In this document: positions 57,601 to 64,000 of the stretch, in pieces
Position numbering within the stretch: position 1 is the stretch's first letter
Layout of the letters: each line of letters begins with the position of its first letter
From: a phage
Sequence record: PX880102.1
Direction: 5' to 3' (one strand)
Length of the DNA: 64,000 nucleotides
Notes under the pieces: generated by a model
Databases searched by the model: none
Seen by the model: the letters and a program-made list of their open reading frames with translations, nothing else
What the model was told of the DNA's origin: nothing
Translations under genes and position numbers: made by a program

Positions 57601-58488
57601 TTAAGATTTAAGTAAATCAACAATTTTAATTAATTTTTCACGTTCAGATTTAGCTTTACTACTCAATCCAGATAGTCTGAAAATTTCATCGTCATATTGT
57701 TGAATAGAAATATTCAGCTCTTCAATTTGCTTATTAAAATAATCAATTTGCTCAGAATGTTTTTCATTACTGCGAACTGGTACAGGTTTTGTAGGCAATT
57801 TAGTTAAACTGGATTCATCCGGGCGATAAATTAAAATACAACTTGAACCAATCGGGCATTTAACACCAGACACATATTCTAATGTTCCGGCTTCTTTTAA
57901 AACTTCAAAAGCTAAACAGAGATGATGCCCCATATTAACATAATCTGTAGAGCGAGCTCTGACATAATAATCATCTCCGCGAATACTAAATTTAAAGCAT
58001 TTAAGGTCTTCTGTATTATTGGTCTTAAAAATCATTTGTTTATCTAGACCTTTAGCTAATCGAGCGCCTAATGCTAATAATCGTCGTTGATTTTCCCACA
58101 AATCTGCGATCATTTGGTCAAATGATAATTTCGGCATTAGTCGACCATAAAGATCATAGCCTTTATTATAATTGCGAAGAATTTCACTCGCGTTAATACG
58201 AGACAATGCTCCAATTTTATTAAGGGCTTTCATAATGCGATTAGATAAACCCATTCCAGACCCGTTTGTTCGCTGCAAATGTTTTTCTAATCCAAATCCA
58301 ATATCAACTTTAAACTTATCTAAAATTTCTGCATGAACATCTCTGTCAATAACATTCAAATCCAAAGTTGGGTTAAATCTATGAAAAAATTTATCTGGCT
58401 CTCCACGACGAAGTACAGTCCATTCATTCATTTTTTTATTAACTAAAGATTTAATTACTGTATTGACATTATTAATTACTACTGACAT
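57601..58488 (-). CDS. hypothetical protein (295 aa) with C-terminal coiled coil
   Basis: trimmed to MSVVINNV after SD GAGGAAAAT; C-terminal ...QIDYFNKQIEELNISIQQYDDEIFRLSGLSSKAKSEREKLIKIVDLLKS. Confidence 0.55.
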   Translation of the reverse strand: MSVVINNVNTVIKSLVNKKMNEWTVLRRGEPDKFFHRFNPTLDLNVIDRDVHAEILDKFKVDIGFGLEKHLQRTNGSGMGLSNRIMKALNKIGALSRINASEILRNYNKGYDLYGRLMPKLSFDQMIADLWENQRRLLALGARLAKGLDKQMIFKTNNTEDLKCFKFSIRGDDYYVRARSTDYVNMGHHLCLAFEVLKEAGTLEYVSGVKCPIGSSCILIYRPDESSLTKLPTKPVPVRSNEKHSEQIDYFNKQIEELNISIQQYDDEIFRLSGLSSKAKSEREKLIKIVDLLKS

Positions 58489-58495
58489 ATTTTCC

Positions 58496-58903
58496 TCACT
58501 CAATTTCAATTTTACTAAATACACAGAATATGATGGAAAAGACTATATAAGCACCGCATACAGATTGAACTAATACCATTCCAAAGAACCAAACAATATT
58601 ATCAAACAATGTCTGTTTTACGTCGAAAGGACGTAAACTTACAGTAATATTATCGCCTTTTTCTATTGATGAATAGATCTCTGGTGAAATATATTCGCTA
58701 AATCTATAACCGTCATTTAGTTCATATACGGCAATAAACGATAAACTAGACCCCTTTCCTTGTGTTCCTGTAATGGTATTAACTACAGTAACATCATAAT
58801 CTTTATAATGCATATAATCATTAATTGCGTAATAACCATATGCAACTACTACACATAAACAACATATCAATAAATTCAATCTTTTAATTATCAACCGTTT
58901 CAT
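58496..58903 (-). CDS. membrane protein (135 aa)
   Basis: N- and C-terminal TM segments. Confidence 0.5.
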   Translation of the reverse strand: MKRLIIKRLNLLICCLCVVVAYGYYAINDYMHYKDYDVTVVNTITGTQGKGSSLSFIAVYELNDGYRFSEYISPEIYSSIEKGDNITVSLRPFDVKQTLFDNIVWFFGMVLVQSVCGAYIVFSIIFCVFSKIEIE

Positions 58904-58958
58904 AATAATCTCAATTAAAAGGGCTTAAAACCATTATACCATCCTTGGTATAAAGCGG

Positions 58959-59486
58959 TTATGCGAGTACCGTCTTTAACCGTTCTTCAAACTTCCGAAG
59001 AGTATTTTGGCGTTCAGCTCTTTGCTTTTTGTAAGTTTCAATACGCTCTGAAATGAGAGTGTATCGTTCATTTACTGATTCTTTCATAAAATCAGGAATT
59101 TCACGAGAAGCTTTAATCTCGTCAAATTTATCAATAACAGCTTGCTCTTCAGCAATTAAGTTATCATACATCAAAATATCTTTCTTGATGAACTCAATAT
59201 CTTCTTGAGTTACACGAGATAACTTAGATGCTTTATCCTTTTTGTACTGTTCGTTAGTATCACGAGACCAGTGTAATGTACGATTTTTATTCGTATTCTT
59301 GTAAATTTCTACAATACCAATCTCATCAATAATAACGATCCAATTCCAACGGGATTTGTAAATTTGTCCTCCATCAACCGTGATTTCACCTCCGATTGAG
59401 ATGTCATTAAAGAACTTGCTTTGTGCTTCAGATTTAAATTTACCATCGTTGTAATTTACCAGGTTGAAAATATCTTTAGCGTTCAT
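58959..59486 (-). CDS. hypothetical protein (175 aa) with coiled-coil C-terminus
   Basis: ORF behind an early promoter. Confidence 0.5.
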   Translation of the reverse strand: MNAKDIFNLVNYNDGKFKSEAQSKFFNDISIGGEITVDGGQIYKSRWNWIVIIDEIGIVEIYKNTNKNRTLHWSRDTNEQYKKDKASKLSRVTQEDIEFIKKDILMYDNLIAEEQAVIDKFDEIKASREIPDFMKESVNERYTLISERIETYKKQRAERQNTLRKFEERLKTVLA

Positions 59487-59509
59487 TTTGTGTTCCTCCG
59501 TAGTTGATA

Positions 59510-59570
59510 GTTGTATAGTACCACAGAGGAACAGTCTTGTAAACCACTAAAAGAAACTTCTTTCACAATT
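59510..59570 (-). promoter_or_regulatory. T4-type early promoter cassette
   Basis: minus-strand GTTTAC (plus 59538-59543), -10 TACTATAC, conserved leader ctccgtagttgatag. Confidence 0.55.
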
Positions 59571-59861
59571 TTTTCCACTGAACCAGGCGCTCACTGCTTT
59601 CTTAGTCTCAGGAGCGGTGTTATCCATAAACCATTCAAAGGCAGCCTTTTTATGATTCTGGAGGGCTTCTCGGGCTTTAATCTGCTCACGGTCTATTAAC
59701 ACTAACATATGAGCCTTTCTTGTCACCATGGGCTTCTTATGATTTTTTGAATACTCCCAATCATTTGTCCATCGCATCGTTGTTGCGAATTGAAGTACAG
59801 CTTCTTTAATCTTAGTTTCGTAAATTTCACGAGCCTTTGAGTATAACATCACTACCTCCAT
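59547..59861 (-). CDS. hypothetical protein (104 aa)
   Basis: ORF. Confidence 0.5.
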   Translation of the reverse strand: MEVVMLYSKAREIYETKIKEAVLQFATTMRWTNDWEYSKNHKKPMVTRKAHMLVLIDREQIKAREALQNHKKAAFEWFMDNTAPETKKAVSAWFSGKNCERSFF

Positions 59862-59951
59862 TTACCAGTTTAATTCTAGTCATCTTTTTAATGGCAGTCC
59901 ATATAATCTATTTCTGAACTGCCTTTTTTGTCTTAGAAGGCCTCTTATGAA

Positions 59952-60920
59952 TTATTTCAGAAGAGTAACCTCAGCGATTTCTTCCCAACCGTTTTTGTCG
60001 GTCATAATAAAGTCAGCAAGATAAAGAGCAGTACGCAGTGAAACATTGCGTAAACGATTAACATTGACTTTCATCCATGATAGTGCTTTATAAGTTTCTT
60101 CATCAGAAAGACCGCGCTTTTGCATCATGTCAGTTGAAAGAATAACATCTTCAACCCTGACCATAATTTCTTCATTAGTGTGAACACCCAAATCCAAATA
60201 AACTGAGCGGGACACTAATGCTTGTAAATGTGGAGCAAGTTTAGTACCACGGTCTAATTCGCGGTCAATGTCAACGTTTGTGATAAAAACAATCGTTCCT
60301 TTAAATTCAAACTCACGCTCAATGCCTTTTTCTTCTAAGTAAGAAGACGCAGTGCTCCAGCAGACTTTACGGGTCTCTCCGGTGTCCAGAGCAGCTTTTA
60401 GAAGATTAAGAATGTCCATATCAGAGAAAACATCCACATCATCAATCAAAAGGACAGAATTCTCTTCACGATTATTCCAAAGCTGCTCATAAAGACCAAT
60501 ACCAGAGATTTTACCATTAATGCTTTTATATTCAATGTATCCAATATCATTTGCTTTATTCAAAGCTTTATCTAAAGAATACGTTTTACCAATACCTGCT
60601 GCGCCAGAGATAATTAATGAACGAATATTTCCATTAATAATACCATTCGTCATCATTCCCATAACATTAAATCTTTTATTAATGCGGGTTTTCATATCTT
60701 CATATGATTCTTTAACTTCTTCAACTTTTACACCATCATATGAAATATCTGATTTGTAAACCCAAACACCGCGACGCTTACCGTCAATTTCAACAAAAAC
60801 TTTACCATCTCCTTGTGCATCTACCGGAGCATTATCTGGGAACCATTCGCCTAAGAGCTCAAAAGTTCCAGAGATTTCTTTACCGAAGTAGATACCCTTA
60901 TTGATAGTTACAGTTTTCAT
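59952..60920 (-). CDS. P-loop ATPase (Walker A GAAGIGKT, Walker B LLIDDVD), 322 aa
   Basis: motifs read directly; ORF-track start (TTG) trimmed to the ATG after the conserved leader. Confidence 0.55.
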   Translation of the reverse strand: MKTVTINKGIYFGKEISGTFELLGEWFPDNAPVDAQGDGKVFVEIDGKRRGVWVYKSDISYDGVKVEEVKESYEDMKTRINKRFNVMGMMTNGIINGNIRSLIISGAAGIGKTYSLDKALNKANDIGYIEYKSINGKISGIGLYEQLWNNREENSVLLIDDVDVFSDMDILNLLKAALDTGETRKVCWSTASSYLEEKGIEREFEFKGTIVFITNVDIDRELDRGTKLAPHLQALVSRSVYLDLGVHTNEEIMVRVEDVILSTDMMQKRGLSDEETYKALSWMKVNVNRLRNVSLRTALYLADFIMTDKNGWEEIAEVTLLK

Positions 60921-60949
60921 TTTATTCTCCAAATCCGTATCAGTTGATA

Positions 60950-61010
60950 GTTGTATAGTACCATAAAGCTTTATGCTTGTAAACCGTTTTGTGAAAAAAT
61001 TTTGAAATAA
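60950..61010 (-). promoter_or_regulatory. T4-type early promoter cassette
   Basis: minus-strand aaaattttttcacaaaacgGTTTAC (plus 60978-60983), -10 TACTATAC. Confidence 0.6.
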
Positions 61011-61032
61011 AAAAGGGAGCCCGAAGGCTCCC
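61005..61032 (-). terminator. rho-independent terminator downstream of the nucleotidyltransferase-like gene
   Basis: GGGAGCC-uucg-GGCTCCC hairpin followed on the minus strand by TTTTTTATTT. Confidence 0.7.
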
Positions 61033-61034
61033 TA

Positions 61035-62048
61035 TCATTTATAATAACTTCGGTGGTTTTCAAGATAAACCCTCTCAAGGAAGTCATCCCAGAAACCCAT
61101 ATCTACTTTTTGCTGCATACCGTTCTTAGAAGCTTCAATGGATGCTGCTTCTACTTGATCGACCACATCTTCCAAAAACTCTTGAACTGTTTTAAACGGA
61201 TGTTTACCCAACTTCACGTCGAGAATAAATGGAGCATCTTGAAGTGGATAAATCAAGTCGCCAGTTTTATAAATTTCCAATAGTTGAAGTCCACCACGAC
61301 AAGCATGACTCAAAGCTTTCCAGTCAATGCCCTCATTCGCTTCAGCCTTACGAGCACGTTCGCCGTATTCAGCATCAAGTTTATTCAAAGATTGCTTAAG
61401 CTCAATAAGAGAAAGCGTTGTCTGATATTTACGACCCAACACTGTGTAAAACGTCTGTGGGCCTGTTTTCTCATGATTATGAAATACCCATTCACAGAAT
61501 TCGTTCTCTGGAAGACGATGCTTAATATCTTCAATCTTAGTTCGACGTTGCTTAATGGAACCGTCTTCTTGATAATCAACCCACTGATCAGGGATTTGAT
61601 TAACTACTTTCAATACATCACGTAATGCGGCCAAACGAGAACCCTTGACGCCGTATTTAGAAGCTTGCTTGCGAACATATCCTAAATAGGATTTCATGTT
61701 AGTCGTATAAAAACGAGAACGGTTGTCTTGAATAAACTTCCATACATCAGGCAAATCAGATTTAACTACTAGTTCCGGTGGAGTGTGGAGCATATCCAAT
61801 GCTACAGTTTCACCATCTGCTGCTAATTTAAAGAAATACTTAAGACTGTATAGTTCATGGTCAATATCATCTTTAGTGTTTTTAGATGATGTGTTGTTAG
61901 TGTTTTTACTCATATGCTCTTTAACATTTCCGATAAGAATATCACGAGCAGGAGGAACAAAGATTTCTTTAAAATCTACATCAGATTCTGGAGTAGAAGT
62001 TCCATAAAGATGACTACCAAAATAGCTTTTCATTACTGTTTTCATCAT
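61035..62048 (-). CDS. nucleotidyltransferase-fold protein (Pol-beta superfamily motif GS-x10-DVD), 337 aa
   Basis: N-terminal YFGSHLYGTSTPESDVDFKEIF matches hG[GS]-x9-13-Dh[DE]h; candidate third acidic residue in VALDML. Confidence 0.55.
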   Translation of the reverse strand: MMKTVMKSYFGSHLYGTSTPESDVDFKEIFVPPARDILIGNVKEHMSKNTNNTSSKNTKDDIDHELYSLKYFFKLAADGETVALDMLHTPPELVVKSDLPDVWKFIQDNRSRFYTTNMKSYLGYVRKQASKYGVKGSRLAALRDVLKVVNQIPDQWVDYQEDGSIKQRRTKIEDIKHRLPENEFCEWVFHNHEKTGPQTFYTVLGRKYQTTLSLIELKQSLNKLDAEYGERARKAEANEGIDWKALSHACRGGLQLLEIYKTGDLIYPLQDAPFILDVKLGKHPFKTVQEFLEDVVDQVEAASIEASKNGMQQKVDMGFWDDFLERVYLENHRSYYK

Positions 62049-62506
62049 TCAGCCTTATATTCAATAACAGGACATACTTTAGCTTTACGAGCTTTTAAAA
62101 ATTCGACGATAATCGATTTCTTGGGTTGAATAGGAGGTAAACCTTTATACGCTCTATCAATATTTTCTACGTGTAAAGCATAATCCTTTTTCCATTTATA
62201 ATCTTTATATTTTTCATGCAAATGTGCAGGAATAACAAATGAACCGATAATAAGTAAAACAACCAAAAGCGCAAGTATAAATGCCGATGGAAGAAGAGTC
62301 CATAAACTACCGAAAATAAGCCAACGTTGTAGGCTTTCTGCACAAATAATTGTTAGCCCTACAAGTATAGCACATCCAAAAATAGAAACGAAAAATGTAG
62401 GAATGGCAATAGACCAAAAATATGCGCATAGTGTCTTAGGTCGTTGCCATTCATCGTTAAACAATTTGAATAATTTATAATGCCAAGAGTTTTCATTAAT
62501 AATCAT
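62045..62506 (-). CDS. membrane protein (153 aa, about 3 TM)
   Basis: hydrophobic segments; ATGA coupling to the downstream nucleotidyltransferase-like gene. Confidence 0.5.
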   Translation of the reverse strand: MIINENSWHYKLFKLFNDEWQRPKTLCAYFWSIAIPTFFVSIFGCAILVGLTIICAESLQRWLIFGSLWTLLPSAFILALLVVLLIIGSFVIPAHLHEKYKDYKWKKDYALHVENIDRAYKGLPPIQPKKSIIVEFLKARKAKVCPVIEYKAE

Positions 62507-62508
62507 AA

Positions 62509-63030
62509 TTATCCTTTCATTGAAGGCGTAACAGTTGTTAAATACTTAATCATAGCTTCAGCTTCTGATTTTGATAATGAAATTTCTCCATTGTTTTGAC
62601 GAATAGAAATAAAATCCGGATGACGGTCACCACCAGCTTTTAAAACACACATATAAGTATCAACTTCATCTTCAATATTTGAAATGATTGAAGCAGTTCC
62701 ACATGAATGCGGTTTTTGATAAATCAATGCAGCTTTTCTTCCGCCATTTGACTGTTCATAAACTTTTAATACATCAAACAAATCACTTCTTTTATCAATA
62801 GCTAAAATGTTATTTTCATCTTCAATGTTAAATCCTTCGGATACTTCATAAAGTGTCACCCATAAATCGCCAATATCAATAACAGCGTTCACTTTTCCAT
62901 GACTTTCAAGAGCATGACAAATTTTCTTGATTTCGTCATAACTCATTTTAATAATATCATCTCCTTGACTAAGAAAGATGTCATTTTTAAATTCAACACG
63001 AATTAAACCACTTCCACTTGAAATAAACAT
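62509..63030 (-). CDS. hypothetical protein (173 aa)
   Basis: ORF; paralogous C-terminus to the next gene. Confidence 0.5.
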   Translation of the reverse strand: MFISSGSGLIRVEFKNDIFLSQGDDIIKMSYDEIKKICHALESHGKVNAVIDIGDLWVTLYEVSEGFNIEDENNILAIDKRSDLFDVLKVYEQSNGGRKAALIYQKPHSCGTASIISNIEDEVDTYMCVLKAGGDRHPDFISIRQNNGEISLSKSEAEAMIKYLTTVTPSMKG

Positions 63031-63036
63031 ATTTCC

Positions 63037-63594
63037 TCACTTTGAAATCATAGTTGGAATGACAGAATCAAGATAAGTCTTTAGCGCAATAGCTTCGTCT
63101 TTGGTAAATGTGACAATATGCGATCGAAAATCATCAATTTGACGAATAGTTAAGACATCACCATCTTCATAGCATTTTGATACGTTTAAAACAGTTTCAT
63201 CATTCTGATTGCAAGCGTTAGTAATAATAGCATTGCAATTTTTAAGCCATTTTAAACTATGTTTTCTTTCATTAGAATAATAAAAATATTTAATCTTAGC
63301 TATAAAACTATCCCAATGGATAACTGATAAACACATTGACTCACTGTTAATATTAAATCCTGGGCATGAAGAATAAAAATGAATTTTGTGCTCATCATTG
63401 ATGCTTACTATTTTATCAGTATAAGGATATTCAATTTGGGTTAAATGAATGATTTCACTAGGCGTAAAATATAGCATATCGTCTTCTTGCGTCAAACGAT
63501 ACATGTTATTTACTTTTTCTATAGCCAATTCGCCAAAAAGCGGACTAACTTCTAATACTAATCGTTTCATATTGATTCTCTTCGACTCACTCAC
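63037..63594 (-). CDS. hypothetical protein (185 aa); GTG start with SD AAAGGAG
   Basis: ORF; C-terminus VTFTKDEAIALKTYLDSVIPTMISK resembles ISLSKSEAEAMIKYLTTVTPSMKG of the neighbour. Confidence 0.5.
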   Translation of the reverse strand: MSESKRINMKRLVLEVSPLFGELAIEKVNNMYRLTQEDDMLYFTPSEIIHLTQIEYPYTDKIVSINDEHKIHFYSSCPGFNINSESMCLSVIHWDSFIAKIKYFYYSNERKHSLKWLKNCNAIITNACNQNDETVLNVSKCYEDGDVLTIRQIDDFRSHIVTFTKDEAIALKTYLDSVIPTMISK

Positions 63595-63729
63595 AATTAC
63601 ATACTCCTTTGAATAATATCAATAATGTTGTTCACCAGATTATAAGTAAACATTGGGTAATTATATTGAATCATCACATACACAACAAACAAAACTTTCA
63701 TTCTCTTCTCCTTGGCAGTTGACAAGATT

Positions 63730-63785
63730 ACTATACCATAACCTTGCCAACTTGTAAACTATTAAATGACGTTTTCAATAAAATT
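63730..63785 (-). promoter_or_regulatory. T4-type early promoter
   Basis: minus-strand GTTTAC aagttggcaaggttatg GTATAGT. Confidence 0.5.
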
Positions 63786-63935
63786 CTGAAGCTTTGTGTG
63801 AGCATCAACCATGATTTTCATTTCTTCCTTTGCGAAAGCTGTACCTCTTTCTCGAGCAGAATATTCATAGTCAGAAACTGCATTAGCATATTCTTCAATT
63901 AGCTTCATTAAAAACATCTGCTTTTCAGTTTTCAT
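63765..63935 (-). CDS. hypothetical protein (57 aa)
   Basis: MKTEKQMFLMKLIEEYANAVSDYEYSAREGTAFAKEEMKIMVDAHTKLQNFIENVI-like ORF with SD GGTGGA; not in ORF track. Confidence 0.4.
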
Positions 63936-64000
63936 TATTCCACCTAATCATTTCAAGGTATTGAACTAACTTAGCTTTGGATTTATCCAAATCCTTTTTA

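Noticed and set aside
3620-61010. Possibility that the dispersed repeats are a CRISPR array, MITEs or insertion sequences
   Set aside because: The repeats are 50-80 bp, irregularly spaced by kilobases, always upstream of a gene start in one orientation, and carry -35/-10/SD features; they are promoter cassettes. No transposase ORF or terminal inverted repeats were seen.
1-64000. tRNA, rRNA, integrase or attachment sites, group I introns
   Set aside because: No cloverleaf-like candidates or rRNA-like stretches were recognised; gene density and T-even synteny leave no room for them, and the T4 tRNA cluster maps outside this region. No integrase-like ORF is present.

Overview
This window is a contiguous piece of a T-even (T4-like, more precisely T2/T6-like) Escherichia phage genome. 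It opens inside the 3' end of the tail-fibre adhesin gene 38 (+ strand), continues with holin t (+), and then runs almost entirely on the minus strand through the early/middle region in T4 gene order: asiA, arn, motA, 52, ac/stp/ndd, denB, rIIB, rIIA, topoisomerase 39 (fused 39+60), goF/cef/motB, dexA, dda, srd, modA, modB, soc, 56, 61, dmd, 41, 40, uvsX, a glycosyltransferase, 42, imm, 43, regA, 62, 44, 45, rpbA, 46, 47, agt, 55, nrdH/nrdG/nrdD, 49, pin, nrdC and a run of nrdC-distal genes of unknown function. Identifications were made by reading the translated ORFs against remembered T4 protein sequences and lengths; no database search was run. Between the recognisable genes are many repeated T4-type early promoter cassettes (minus-strand GTTTAC -35, TATAAT-like -10, A/T-rich upstream element, conserved leader and Shine-Dalgarno) and GC-rich hairpins with UUCG loops in the mRNA sense. 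Several ORF-track starts are non-ATG read-throughs of promoter/leader sequence and were trimmed to the first ATG with a Shine-Dalgarno. No tRNA, rRNA, CRISPR array, transposon, intron or homing-endonuclease gene was recognised. The most interesting unexplained content is (i) an ATPase / nucleotidyltransferase-fold / membrane-protein cluster at 59952-62506, (ii) a tandem array of four large proteins with coiled-coil C-termini at 54532-58488, (iii) a VKDN-repeat gene pair joined by a 50-bp direct repeat at 26978-27977, (iv) a lone plus-strand small membrane ORF at the 56/61 junction, and (v) sequence oddities (a 24-bp perfect palindrome, a plus-strand MotA-box promoter match antisense to modA, a hairpin inside gene 40).
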